Of a stretch of 64,000 nt of DNA, positions 16,840-26,354 are shown one piece after another. The notes under the pieces are model-generated. The model saw only the letters and a list, made by a program, of their open reading frames with translations. It did not search any database and was not told the origin of the DNA. The stretch is from positions 2,713 to 66,712 of the forward strand of contig DAOMGE010000009.1 of assembly GCA_035430165.1 (NCBI GenBank). The letters run 5' to 3'. How positions within the stretch are numbered: position 1 is the first letter of the stretch; each line of letters starts with the position of its first letter. This stretch comes from Pseudomonadales bacterium (lineage in GTDB: Bacteria > Pseudomonadota > Gammaproteobacteria > Pseudomonadales > UBA7239). The position numbers and the translations under genes are program-made.

Positions 16840-17724
16840 TCATGTTTTATCACCGCACTTGGCAATAATGTTGTCCGCAAACCAGCGCAACATGCTGATT
16901 TTCTTTTCAATGGATTTGTCATCCGGCTCACCGGCATAGGTGTTGCGGAATCCGACGATACACTCTGTCACACCGATTTCTTCCAGTCTTTTCACACCAT
17001 CAACGCTGAATGCATCGGCAGAGATAGCGTGAATTTCAAACGGCTTGTGATCTGTGCCGAATTCTTTACGGAATGCATGTAGCTTTTCGATCAAAGGTTT
17101 CAGCGTGTCATACGTGCCGCCAGCATGAATCCAGCCATCACCAATTCGTGCGGCGCGTTTCAAGGCCACATCGGCATGACCGCCGAGCAAGATCGGCACC
17201 GGTTTATCGGGTACCGGACAGATTTTTGATGCCGGAATCTGATAGTTGGGTGTGTCATGTCCGTAATATTCGCCTGTCATGAGACCGCGAATAATCGCAA
17301 TCATTTCATCCATGCGCGGACCGCGACTGTCCCAGCGTTCGCCGCAAATCTGGAAATCCTCGATCCATGGTGAAATCCCCACACCCAACGCAAAACGGTT
17401 GTGCGACAGGCAGGCGACGGTAGCGGTTTGCTTGGCAACCAGGACCGGATTGCGGATGGGCAGTTTCACCACACTGGTGGTGAAGCGGATGCGTTCGGTT
17501 ACTGCGGCGAGCCATGGAATGGCACTGAATGGCTCCAGGAATGGTGTACCTTCCAGAAAGTTGCGTGAGCCATCTTCGTTATATGGATATTTGGTATCGG
17601 CGATCTGCGGGTAGCAGATACTGTCCGGGAACGTGAAGCCGTGATAACCCAGTTCCTCCACTGCTTTTGCCTGCGGGATGTAGTGGTCGGTCTGGCACAT
17701 GGTGGCATGAAATGTAAAACGCAT
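16840..17724 (-). CDS. LLM (luciferase-like) class oxidoreductase, putative F420-dependent subfamily
   Basis: AVEELGY...FPDSICYP, EPF..I..LAAVTERIRF, RNPVLVAKQ..T...LS..RF.LGVG, PVPILLGGH..ALKRAARIGDGW. Confidence 0.85.
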   Translation of the reverse strand: MRFTFHATMCQTDHYIPQAKAVEELGYHGFTFPDSICYPQIADTKYPYNEDGSRNFLEGTPFLEPFSAIPWLAAVTERIRFTTSVVKLPIRNPVLVAKQTATVACLSHNRFALGVGISPWIEDFQICGERWDSRGPRMDEMIAIIRGLMTGEYYGHDTPNYQIPASKICPVPDKPVPILLGGHADVALKRAARIGDGWIHAGGTYDTLKPLIEKLHAFRKEFGTDHKPFEIHAISADAFSVDGVKRLEEIGVTECIVGFRNTYAGEPDDKSIEKKISMLRWFADNIIAKCGDKT

Positions 17725-17804
17725 GATGAAGTTACCCGGCTGTTGCTGTTTGTCTTGCGAGCTTACTGCACGACGCGCGCAGCGTTAATAGGTATAAATT
17801 GAAG

Positions 17805-18584
17805 TCAGCCCAAGGCAAGTCCATCCAGCTTCCTGGCGTTATCGCGCAAATGCACAGGATTGATCGTGCCGACGACCGCACTGCTGGCACCGCCGTGAGA
17901 AAAAATCAGTGACAGCGCTTCCGCTACAGCATCACCCTCGCATAAATGACCGCTGGCAAACGCTTTCTTTATCAGGACACCTTTCTGGTGCTCACGACAA
18001 TAATCGAGCACAGCGAGATCTGCCTGTTCTTGCAGGTTATACGTCACCATCACCACATCCGATTTTTCTGCTGCCCGCAATCCACCTTCTACGGTTTTGG
18101 TCGACATACCGAATGCGCGTATCCATCCCTGTTTTTTCATATCGGCCAGCGTTTCCAGTGCGCCCGTATTTTGCAGGATATCGAGATCATTGCCGTCTGA
18201 ATGCACAAGAACCATATCGATATAATCTGTTTTCAATCGCCGCATACTGCGCTCGACACTCAGGCGCGTATGCGCCGGGGAAAAATCAAACGTCGACTGG
18301 CCATCGATAAATTCCTCTCCGGTCTTGCTGCAAACCAGCCATTGTTTGCGATCGGCTGCCAGCAATTTGCCAAGACGTTCTTCGCTGTTGCCATACGCAG
18401 GTGCGGTATCCAGCACATTCATACCCAGATCACGCGCCAGATCCAGCAATTGGCGCGCTTCATGATCATCCGGTATGCGAAATGACTGCGGATATTTCAC
18501 GCCCTCATTACGGCCGAGCTTTACTGTACCGAAACCCAGCGCACTGACCTGCATGCCGGTTTTACCGAGTGGTCGATAGAACAT
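17805..18584 (-). CDS. Aldo/keto reductase
   Basis: RPLGKTGMQVSALGFGT, DTAPAYGNSEERLG, SMRRLKTDYIDMVLVHS. Confidence 0.92.
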   Translation of the reverse strand: MFYRPLGKTGMQVSALGFGTVKLGRNEGVKYPQSFRIPDDHEARQLLDLARDLGMNVLDTAPAYGNSEERLGKLLAADRKQWLVCSKTGEEFIDGQSTFDFSPAHTRLSVERSMRRLKTDYIDMVLVHSDGNDLDILQNTGALETLADMKKQGWIRAFGMSTKTVEGGLRAAEKSDVVMVTYNLQEQADLAVLDYCREHQKGVLIKKAFASGHLCEGDAVAEALSLIFSHGGASSAVVGTINPVHLRDNARKLDGLALG

Positions 18585-19833
18585 CGTCACCTCCGGTAAA
18601 CATTGCCGACTGCCACGGCGCGGGTGCAATCGCTGTCATCAGTGGCAACACATGTTCGGGGGAATCCCCGAAACGCGGCTTGATCTGTTGCTTGCCAAGA
18701 TAATCCATCAACAAGTTCCCGAGATTCGGCACCAGTGTCAGCTTGGTTGGCCAGGCAACAACACAACGCACCAGATCATCACAGGCAGACAACCAGGCGT
18801 TATCCGGTCGCAACAAACCGGGTTGTGCCGGCTCAGCGCGATCCACGCGCAATGTCGCCCATGCCGCATCTTGCCAGTCAATCCATGAAAACAATTCACC
18901 GAGTTCTTTTTTTGCACGCTGGATCAAGGCATCCGGCGATAAATCCACGCCCTCTTCTGCCAACTGTCCGCCGAGATACCAGACCGTATCCGCTTCACCT
19001 GCATGTATCGACGTGACATGTGGCGCAATAACATGCGAAGAAATCGTCAAACGCGGCTTGCTGTCTGTGCCCACACAATGCGCATACAAGGCAGGCAGGT
19101 TTTTCTTGCGCACCATCACCTGATGCAGCGGGCGCAACTGCATCGCAGGTGATTTGACAGCGAGTTGCTGCAGCAATGCCCCATTACCCTTGCCTGCAGA
19201 AAAAACACACAACTGACTGTCAATATGCACAAGACCGTGTTTTTTCCTGATGACGATGGTCGCACCGCCAGCGTTTTTTTGTACGGTCATTGCTTGCTGG
19301 TCAATTGCAAAAATCCGGTGCTGGTGCGGTTTGCGCAAGGTTTCCAGCAAAGACGGCGTATCGATAACGCGATCAACCAGTTTGTAGAGTGACCCTTTGA
19401 AAGCCGGATGCCTGAACGCTGCAGGATAATCCGGTTTTTTCAATGCATGGACGCGGCCACGCAATGCCTTGCTAGCAAGGAATGTTGTTACTTTTGACAC
19501 CGCGCTCCGGGATGACCACATATAAAAGTGATCGCTCAGCAAGGTTGTCCCGCGCAAATCGACATCACCTTCGCCTGTCATGCAGTGTCTCCAGTGCGCA
19601 GGCATATCAGCAATCGCTTCTGACGCACCAGACAACGCACCGCCAAGCGTGTATTTGACACCACCGTGGATCATGCCTTGCGATGCAACCGTCTGCCCGC
19701 TGCCCAATGCATGGCTTTCAAACAACACCGCGTTATAACCGGCATTCACTGCGCGATGCAGCATCCACAGGCCAGCAATACCGCCACCGATGATGGCGAT
19801 ATCCACATTCAACACAACGGGTTCTGCAGTCAT
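18562..19833 (-). CDS. FAD-dependent oxidoreductase (DAO/GlpD-like)
   Basis: DIAIIGGGIAGLW Rossmann motif, GSGQTVASQGMIHGGVKY, WPTKLTL. Confidence 0.85.
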   Translation of the reverse strand: MTAEPVVLNVDIAIIGGGIAGLWMLHRAVNAGYNAVLFESHALGSGQTVASQGMIHGGVKYTLGGALSGASEAIADMPAHWRHCMTGEGDVDLRGTTLLSDHFYMWSSRSAVSKVTTFLASKALRGRVHALKKPDYPAAFRHPAFKGSLYKLVDRVIDTPSLLETLRKPHQHRIFAIDQQAMTVQKNAGGATIVIRKKHGLVHIDSQLCVFSAGKGNGALLQQLAVKSPAMQLRPLHQVMVRKKNLPALYAHCVGTDSKPRLTISSHVIAPHVTSIHAGEADTVWYLGGQLAEEGVDLSPDALIQRAKKELGELFSWIDWQDAAWATLRVDRAEPAQPGLLRPDNAWLSACDDLVRCVVAWPTKLTLVPNLGNLLMDYLGKQQIKPRFGDSPEHVLPLMTAIAPAPWQSAMFTGGDDVLSTTR

Positions 19834-19949
19834 TCCGGGCTGTCTCCGGGCAATCACGCCCACGGCGGCATTATAGCGTTTGATAGCAGCGGCCCGCATC
19901 GCTATGCTGCTGTTTCATACCAAGTGAATACCGGCACACGCAGCACACC

Positions 19950-21257
19950 ATGTCCACGCCACACCTGCTTTACAGTTTGCTCTACGCCGTGCTGATGCCT
20001 GTGATACTGCTGCGTCTGTTGTGGCGATCACGCCTGGCACCGGCCTACCGACAGCGCTGGCTGGAACGATTCGGTATTTTCACTGCACCTGCACTCGACA
20101 AAGAAAAACCGGTCATCTGGTTACACGCGGTTTCTGTCGGCGAAACACTCGCAGCAGTACCGCTGGTAAAACGGCTGCAAGAAAGGCATCCCGACTGGCA
20201 ATGGGTGGTCACGACCACCACCCCCACCGGTTCCGAACGCGCTCGCGCCACATTGGGCAATAGTGCTTTTCATGTGTACGCAGCTTACGATTTGCCTGTT
20301 TTCCTCAACAATTTCCTGTCGCGTGTCCATCCATCACTTTGCATCATCATGGAAACCGAGTTGTGGCCGAATATGCTGCGTGCATGCACTGTTCACAAGA
20401 TTCCGGTACTGATTGCCAATGCGCGGCTTTCTGAAAACTCAGCGCGCGGCTACAAGAAAATTGCGCCATTGACACGCCGCATGCTCGGCGATGTCTCATG
20501 TCTCGCCGCACAACAATCCGCAGACGCACAACGTTTTTTGCAACTGGGAATGGCGCCTGAAAGAATGCACATCACGGGATCTATCAAATTCGATCTCGAC
20601 ATCAATCCGTCTGTAAAAGAAAAAGCAGCAGTCTTGCGCGAACAGTGGTCATGTGGTGAAACTCGCAAAGTCTGGCTCGTCGCCAGTACGCATCCCGGTG
20701 AAGACGAGATAATTCTCGAGGCTTTTGCCGATCTGAAAAAAAGCTTTCCTGACTTGTTGCTGGTATTGGTGCCACGCCATCCAGAGCGATTTCATGCAGT
20801 GACGCGACAATGCCTACAGGCAAACTGGAATGTGTTGACACGCAGCAGTCACGCAATAGTAGATGCAAATACCGATATTGTGGTTGGCGATTCCATGGGT
20901 GAACTGCTGGTGTTCTATGGCACTGCAGATATGGCTTTTGTCGGTGGCAGCCTGGTGCCTGTCGGCGGACACAACCTGATTGAACCTGCCGCCTGGGCGT
21001 GTCCGTTTGTCAGCGGCCCGCACCTTTTTAATTTTTCGGAAATTGCACGTTTATTGCAGGATGACAATGCAGTGGCTATTGCCAGTGATAGCAAGGCAAT
21101 TGCAGAATGCCTGTCGGGGTGGTTGCACGATGATGCAGCACGCAAAAATGCCGGACTGCGCGCAAGGCAGATTGTCGATGCCAATCGCGGTGCGCTGCAT
21201 AAACTTGTCATCCTGATTGAGCAGACCCTTGTTGGACAAGTCATAACCCGAGACTGA
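19950..21257 (+). CDS. waaA: 3-deoxy-D-manno-octulosonic acid (Kdo) transferase
   Basis: IWLHAVSVGE, METELWPN, NARLS, ASTHPGE, VPRHPERF, GGHNLIEPA. Confidence 0.97.
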   Translation: MSTPHLLYSLLYAVLMPVILLRLLWRSRLAPAYRQRWLERFGIFTAPALDKEKPVIWLHAVSVGETLAAVPLVKRLQERHPDWQWVVTTTTPTGSERARATLGNSAFHVYAAYDLPVFLNNFLSRVHPSLCIIMETELWPNMLRACTVHKIPVLIANARLSENSARGYKKIAPLTRRMLGDVSCLAAQQSADAQRFLQLGMAPERMHITGSIKFDLDINPSVKEKAAVLREQWSCGETRKVWLVASTHPGEDEIILEAFADLKKSFPDLLLVLVPRHPERFHAVTRQCLQANWNVLTRSSHAIVDANTDIVVGDSMGELLVFYGTADMAFVGGSLVPVGGHNLIEPAAWACPFVSGPHLFNFSEIARLLQDDNAVAIASDSKAIAECLSGWLHDDAARKNAGLRARQIVDANRGALHKLVILIEQTLVGQVITRD

Positions 21258-21261
21258 CACC

Positions 21262-21723
21262 ATGCAACTTAGCCGTTTTACTGATTATTCCGTACGCGTG
21301 CTCATCTACGCCGCCATGTTTCCGGACAGACTGGTGACACTGCACGAAATTTCCGGTTTTTACGATATTTCTCTCGCACACTTGCGCAAGGTTGTACACC
21401 TGCTCGGCAAACTCGGCTACCTGAAAACCTTTCGTGGCAAACACGGCGGTGTGCGCCTGCAACGCAATCCTGCCGAAATCAATATCGGGAAGATGGTAGG
21501 TGAATGCGAGGGACGCGACCACCTGATTGACTGCGTCGGTTTGCAATGTGTTGTATTACCCGCCTGTGGCCTGCCCGGTGTATTGAAGCGTGCGCAGCAG
21601 TCCTTCTACGCGGAACTGGAAAAATACACGCTGGCTGACGTCATCGTCCGCGAGCGTATACCCCGGGTAATCGAGGCATCTGCCGCACATCACGCCCGCA
21701 AGCACCTGATCGGCAAAGGCTGA
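21262..21723 (+). CDS. nsrR: Rrf2-family NO-sensing repressor NsrR
   Basis: MQLSRFTDYSVRVLIY, HLRKVVHLLGKLGYL.T.RGK.GG, three Cys ligands C-x4-C-x5-C; adjacent to hcp. Confidence 0.9.
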   Translation: MQLSRFTDYSVRVLIYAAMFPDRLVTLHEISGFYDISLAHLRKVVHLLGKLGYLKTFRGKHGGVRLQRNPAEINIGKMVGECEGRDHLIDCVGLQCVVLPACGLPGVLKRAQQSFYAELEKYTLADVIVRERIPRVIEASAAHHARKHLIGKG

Positions 21724-21759
21724 ACCCTTCTCGATAACCGGCAGGATTGCCGTCGAAAA

Positions 21760-21773
21760 TTAATCTGTATCAA
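21760..21773. promoter_or_regulatory. Candidate FNR/Anr box upstream of hcp
   Basis: TTAAT-CTGT-ATCAA, one mismatch to TTGAT-N4-ATCAA. Confidence 0.65.
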
Positions 21774-21806
21774 CAAAATCCCAATCTCTCCCTGACAACA
21801 CTCGAA

Positions 21807-21829
21807 AAGATTTATTTTTTATATATCTT
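21807..21829. promoter_or_regulatory. Candidate NsrR operator upstream of hcp
   Basis: AAGATTTATTT-T-TTATATATCTT, an 11-1-11 imperfect palindrome resembling AAGATGYATTT-N-AAATRCATCTT. Confidence 0.75.
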
Positions 21830-21867
21830 TAATCCTGAGTCCCCAAACACCTCAGGAGAGCAATACG

Positions 21868-23541
21868 ATGTTCTGTATCCAGTGCGAACAAACCCTCGTT
21901 AACGACAAAGTGACCGGCTGCCAGTTCAAGAAAGGCAAATGCGGCAAGGAAGCGGAAACCGCTGACCTGCAGGATGTCCTGATCTATTTGTTGGAGGGTA
22001 TCGGCCAGTATGCACACCGCGCCCGTCAGTTGGGCGCTATTGATGCGGCGATTGACCGTTTTATCCCGCCCGCGTTTTTCACCACACTGACCAACGTCAA
22101 TTTCGACAGCGACCGTTTTCTCAAACTGATTGCAGATGCTGAAAAAATCCGCAACCAGGCGCGCGCCATGTACATGGCCGCGTGTGAGAAAAAAGGCATC
22201 CAGCCTGAACAACTGTCAGGTCCTGCCGTGTTTGTTCCCGCCAGGTCTATGGAAGGATTGATAGCACAGGCAAGCGAAGCCTCGATCAAACGCGATGATC
22301 CGGATGTATTCGGCCTGAATTGTCTGGTGCTGTACGGACTGAAAGGCTGTGCTGCCTATTGCGAACACGCGATGATGCTTGGCAAGGAAAGTGAAGAAGT
22401 CTTTGGCAAATTCCATGAGTACCTGAACTTTCTGGCGGATCAACCGGGCGACATCAGCGCACTGCTCGATACCTGCCTGAAAATCGGCGAGATGAACCTG
22501 AAAGTGATGGAACTGCTCGACGCTGGCCACAACGACAACTTCGGTCAACCGGAACCTACGCAAGTGCGCGTCACACCGATCCAGGGCAAAGCGATTCTCG
22601 TCAGCGGCCATGACATTGTCGACCTGTACAACCTGCTGAAACAAACCGAAGGCAAGGGAGTGAATATCTACACGCACGGTGAAATGTTGCCAGCGCACAG
22701 CTATCCGAAACTGAAACAGTTCAAACATCTGGTCGGCAACTACGGTACCGCGTGGCAAAACCAGCAGGCTGAATTTGCAGCGTTTCCCGGCGCGATCCTG
22801 ATGACGTCCAACTGCCTGATCGATCCGAACGTGAATGGCTATGGCGACCGTATTTTCACCACCGGCCCGGTAGGCTGGAAAGGATTGCCCCACATCGAAG
22901 CACCTGTCGGGGGCCAGAAAGATTATTCCATCGTTATTGAATCCGCCTTGAAACAGCCGGGCTTTACTGAGGACCAGATCGAGCAATTCATTACCATCGG
23001 TTTTGGTCGCCACACGGTCATGAGCGTGGCCGACAAGGTCATTGAGGGAGTGAAATCCGGGGCGATAGAGCATTTCTTCCTGATCGGCGGTTGTGACGGC
23101 GCAGCTCCCGGTCGCAACTACTACGCGGATTTCGCAACACACGCACCAGACAGCACAGTGGTGTTGACGCTGGGCTGTGGCAAATACCGTTTCAATCGCC
23201 ATGACTTCGGCAACATTGGCGGGATCCCGCGCTTGCTCGACATCGGTCAATGCAATGACAGTTATTCGGCGATCCAGATCGCCAGCGCGCTGGCCAATGC
23301 ATTTGGCTGTGGTGTGAATGATTTACCCCTGACGCTGATTGTGTCGTGGTTCGAACAGAAAGCTGCAGCGGTGTTACTGACGCTGCTGGCGCTGGGTATC
23401 AAGAACATCCACCTCGGGCCGTCACTGCCACAGTTCCTGACGCCGAACCTGCTGAATGTGCTGGTCGATAAATTTGCGCTGCGCCCGATCGGCGATGCGC
23501 GTGATGATATTGCCCGCATCATGAAAAAAGAGGCCGCGTAA
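21868..23541 (+). CDS. hcp: Hybrid cluster protein (hydroxylamine/NO reductase), class II
   Basis: MFCIQCEQT...GC...CGK (C-x2-C-x11-C-x6-C), SGHD, YTHGEMLPAH, GGCDG, GCGKYRFN, GQCNDSY, SWFEQKA. Confidence 0.98.
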   Translation: MFCIQCEQTLVNDKVTGCQFKKGKCGKEAETADLQDVLIYLLEGIGQYAHRARQLGAIDAAIDRFIPPAFFTTLTNVNFDSDRFLKLIADAEKIRNQARAMYMAACEKKGIQPEQLSGPAVFVPARSMEGLIAQASEASIKRDDPDVFGLNCLVLYGLKGCAAYCEHAMMLGKESEEVFGKFHEYLNFLADQPGDISALLDTCLKIGEMNLKVMELLDAGHNDNFGQPEPTQVRVTPIQGKAILVSGHDIVDLYNLLKQTEGKGVNIYTHGEMLPAHSYPKLKQFKHLVGNYGTAWQNQQAEFAAFPGAILMTSNCLIDPNVNGYGDRIFTTGPVGWKGLPHIEAPVGGQKDYSIVIESALKQPGFTEDQIEQFITIGFGRHTVMSVADKVIEGVKSGAIEHFFLIGGCDGAAPGRNYYADFATHAPDSTVVLTLGCGKYRFNRHDFGNIGGIPRLLDIGQCNDSYSAIQIASALANAFGCGVNDLPLTLIVSWFEQKAAAVLLTLLALGIKNIHLGPSLPQFLTPNLLNVLVDKFALRPIGDARDDIARIMKKEAA

Positions 23542-23542
23542 G

Positions 23543-23605
23543 CTTCGACTCCGCTCAACCGACATTCGACTGCTCCCTGAGCGGAGTCGGAGGGAGCAGT
23601 GTCGG
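23543..23605. repeat. REP-like palindrome after hcp (same family as the copy in recN)
   Basis: CTTCGACTCCGCTCA (23543-23557) / TGAGCGGAGTCGGAG (23578-23592), overlapped by a second stem ACTGCTCCCT/AGGGAGCAGT. Confidence 0.7.
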
Positions 23606-23705
23606 GGCAAGTGTGGCCAAGTGGTGCAAACACCGACAAAAAGGGCAGCGCACACTGCCCTTTTTGTTAGACAATGGCCGCCTGTTTTCCCGTCAGGTAC
23701 CCGAC

Positions 23706-24053
23706 ATGTCCGACACAATTTTTGGCAAGATCATCCGCGGTGAAATCCCCGCCGAAAAGCTGCACGAAGACGAACACTGCATCGCAATCCGCGATATCCA
23801 TCCCCGCGCACCTGTGCATTTGCTGGTTATCCCCAAGAAATCTATCCCGCGTCTGGTCGACGCCAAACCTGAAGACCAGGCCCTGCTTGGTCATCTGATG
23901 CTAGTAGCCCGCCAGCTGGCGGAATCACACGGCGTTGCCGATTCATTCCGGCTCCTGATCAACAATGGCGAAGGCGCTGGCCAAACCGTGTTTCACCTGC
24001 ACCTGCATATCCTGGGCAATGACAACTACAGTGAAGCCGACATGACCCGATAA
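23706..24053 (+). CDS. hinT: Histidine triad nucleotide-binding protein (HinT/PKCI family)
   Basis: DTIFGKIIRGEIPA, GQTVFHLHLHILG HIT motif. Confidence 0.92.
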   Translation: MSDTIFGKIIRGEIPAEKLHEDEHCIAIRDIHPRAPVHLLVIPKKSIPRLVDAKPEDQALLGHLMLVARQLAESHGVADSFRLLINNGEGAGQTVFHLHLHILGNDNYSEADMTR

Positions 24054-24137
24054 TCGGTATCCGCAGATGAAAGCAGCAGCCAGCCTCTGCTACAATCTCG
24101 CGGCTTTTTAACCTTTCCACGGCAATGAGACCTCATC

Positions 24138-24674
24138 ATGAACTTTAACGACCTCCCACCTGGCAAAGAACTTCCGCACGACATTTTTGTTGCAATCGAA
24201 ATTCCTGCGAACCATGCGCCGATCAAATACGAAATCGACAAGGACACCAACTGCCTGATGGTCGACCGTTTCATGGCCACACCAATGTTCTACCCAACCA
24301 ACTATGGCTATATTCCTGGCACACTCTCTGAAGACGGCGATGCGCTTGATGTGCTCGTGGTCACACCTTATCCAGTCACTCCCGGCTCGGTCATGCGTGC
24401 ACGCCCGATAGGTATCCTGTACATGTCTGATGAAGCCGGACAGGACTCCAAGCTACTGGCTGTGCCACACAAGAAACTGTCTGCCCTGTACGAAGATGTG
24501 AAAGAACCTGCTGACCTGCCACAACTGCTAATCAAGCAGATCGAACACTTCTTTGAAAACTACAAGGATCTGGAACACGGTAAATGGGTGAAAGTCGACA
24601 AGTGGGGCGGTTCTGCAGATGCCATGGCAGAAGTGACCAAAGCACGTGATGCCTACCTGAAAGACAAAGGCTGA
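24138..24674 (+). CDS. ppa: Inorganic pyrophosphatase (family I)
   Basis: [41 protein letters not shown]. Confidence 0.97.
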   Translation: MNFNDLPPGKELPHDIFVAIEIPANHAPIKYEIDKDTNCLMVDRFMATPMFYPTNYGYIPGTLSEDGDALDVLVVTPYPVTPGSVMRARPIGILYMSDEAGQDSKLLAVPHKKLSALYEDVKEPADLPQLLIKQIEHFFENYKDLEHGKWVKVDKWGGSADAMAEVTKARDAYLKDKG

Positions 24675-24762
24675 TGTGAGCTGGCATGCAGACTGACACT
24701 GTCACCAAAAGGGCTGCTTCGTGCAGCCCTTTTGTTTTTGTCGAACGCGCAGGAAAGCTGAC

Positions 24763-25743
24763 GTGCTGACGGATATTTACCAACAGCCACTGTATGATCT
24801 TGGTGATCATCTCGAAGAAAAATATCGTGGCATTTTTTCGCCGCTCTACGCTGATGAACTACTCGCCCAATACCTTACTCCCCAATTCACCACCGACAGC
24901 CAATGGTATATCGAGAATTGCGAACACAGCCAATTCACTGGCCGTCTCTTGCAACGCTGCTTTGATACTGCGGGATTTGATGCATCATCCACTGCAATCG
25001 AGCGCATTCTCGATATCGGCTCGGGCGCAGGAAATTCTATCCTGCCCCTGCTCGACCAGTTTCCAGAATCGGTAATCGTTGCCAGCGATCTCAGTCCACA
25101 AATGTTGTTGGCACTGAAAGCATCACTGGCACAGAGACAGCCACATCCACGCCTGCATCTGCTGCAACTCAATGCGGAGAAACTGGATTTCCAGCAAGCA
25201 AGTTTCGACATCGTTGTTGGCATCGCCATCCTGCATCATCTGCATGATCCATCAAAAACACTGGCTGGCGCGGCACAAATCCTGAAAAAAGGCGGGCTTG
25301 CCATTTTTTCCGAACCCTTTGAAAACGGCAACTATCTACTGTGTCTCGCCTTCCGCATGATCTTGCGCGATGGCGCTGCCACTTCACTCCCTGCACGAGT
25401 CACGCAATTCATGCGCGCGCGCATTGAATACGTTGCCCTGCGATCTGGATTGCATAAATCTGAAACATTCCTGCAGAACCATGATGACAAGTGGTTATTT
25501 ACACGCCAGTTGCTACAGAATGCTGCTCGCCAGAACGGCTTCGACGAGTGCCACATCATGCCACTGGCACAGAAGCCGGATGTGCTGACACGCAAGGCGC
25601 GCGTCCTGCTGGAACAACACAAATTTGACGTGACGGCATTGCCTGTATGGGCATGGGATATCATCGGGGAAGTTGAATCAGGCATGTCGCACCTTTTGCG
25701 TCATGAAATGCCGGTTGAAGCAGCAATCATCCTGAAAAAGTAA
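24763..25743 (+). CDS. Class I SAM-dependent methyltransferase, unknown substrate
   Basis: ILDIGSGAGNS, ASDLSPQML, FDIVVGIAILHHL, GGLAIFSEPF. Start uncertain (GTG 24763 with AGGA RBS, or 24721). Confidence 0.8.
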   Translation: MLTDIYQQPLYDLGDHLEEKYRGIFSPLYADELLAQYLTPQFTTDSQWYIENCEHSQFTGRLLQRCFDTAGFDASSTAIERILDIGSGAGNSILPLLDQFPESVIVASDLSPQMLLALKASLAQRQPHPRLHLLQLNAEKLDFQQASFDIVVGIAILHHLHDPSKTLAGAAQILKKGGLAIFSEPFENGNYLLCLAFRMILRDGAATSLPARVTQFMRARIEYVALRSGLHKSETFLQNHDDKWLFTRQLLQNAARQNGFDECHIMPLAQKPDVLTRKARVLLEQHKFDVTALPVWAWDIIGEVESGMSHLLRHEMPVEAAIILKK

Positions 25744-25821
25744 GACCGGGCACCTGAACCACTTTCATGCTGGTGCTAGAATATCGGCGAGCAACACCAG
25801 CGGACACCGCGGGAGTAAATC

Positions 25822-26277
25822 ATGGAAAACACAAATATGATTCTGGTCGCCTTGTTGAGCGGCATTCTGGGAGCGATTGCTGGCGCCTTCCTGATGTATC
25901 GCGGTACGCGATTGCAGAGCCGCCAACAACTGGAAGTGCGCTTGCAACAAGCTGAGCAAAAACTCAAAGATCAGCAAGCGCAAGTGACGGAACATTTCAC
26001 GCATACGGCATCGCTTGTCGGTAATCTGACACGCAATTATCGCGACTTGCACGATTATCTTGCTTCCAGCGCACAGCAGCTGGGCAATATCGATATTCAA
26101 CCCGTACTACTGAGTGATAACAAGTCGGCTCCCATCCTTGGCCAGGGAGCGGTGCTGAATCCACCACTTGATTACGCACCAAAGAAAGGTCAAGTCGGGA
26201 CACTGAGTGAAACTTATGGACTGCAAGACGACAACCAACTGAAGCCGCCGCCAGCGCACAGCTACAATGATGAATAA
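25822..26277 (+). CDS. zapG: YhcB/ZapG (DUF1043) family membrane-anchored protein
   Basis: N-terminal TM, coiled coil, VTEHFTHTASLV..LTRNYRDLHDYLA, PPLDYAP..GTLSE.YGL. Confidence 0.88.
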   Translation: MENTNMILVALLSGILGAIAGAFLMYRGTRLQSRQQLEVRLQQAEQKLKDQQAQVTEHFTHTASLVGNLTRNYRDLHDYLASSAQQLGNIDIQPVLLSDNKSAPILGQGAVLNPPLDYAPKKGQVGTLSETYGLQDDNQLKPPPAHSYNDE

Positions 26278-26305
26278 TTTTCTCTGGCTCCAGTCGTCCC
26301 GCAAT

Positions 26306-26334
26306 AAAAAAGGCACCGATCTGGTGCCTTTTTT
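26306..26334. terminator. Bidirectional intrinsic terminator
   Basis: AAAAAAGGCACC-GATCT-GGTGCCTTTTTT between convergent genes. Confidence 0.9.
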
Positions 26335-26354
26335 AAAAATCAAGAATTGTGAAG

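Noticed and set aside
22216..23250. 344-aa antisense ORF over hcp (similarly 4083-4835, 5936-6655, 57552-58370, 63317-63982)
   Set aside because: Shadow ORFs opposite well-supported genes, expected from codon bias in GC-rich DNA; no recognisable motifs.
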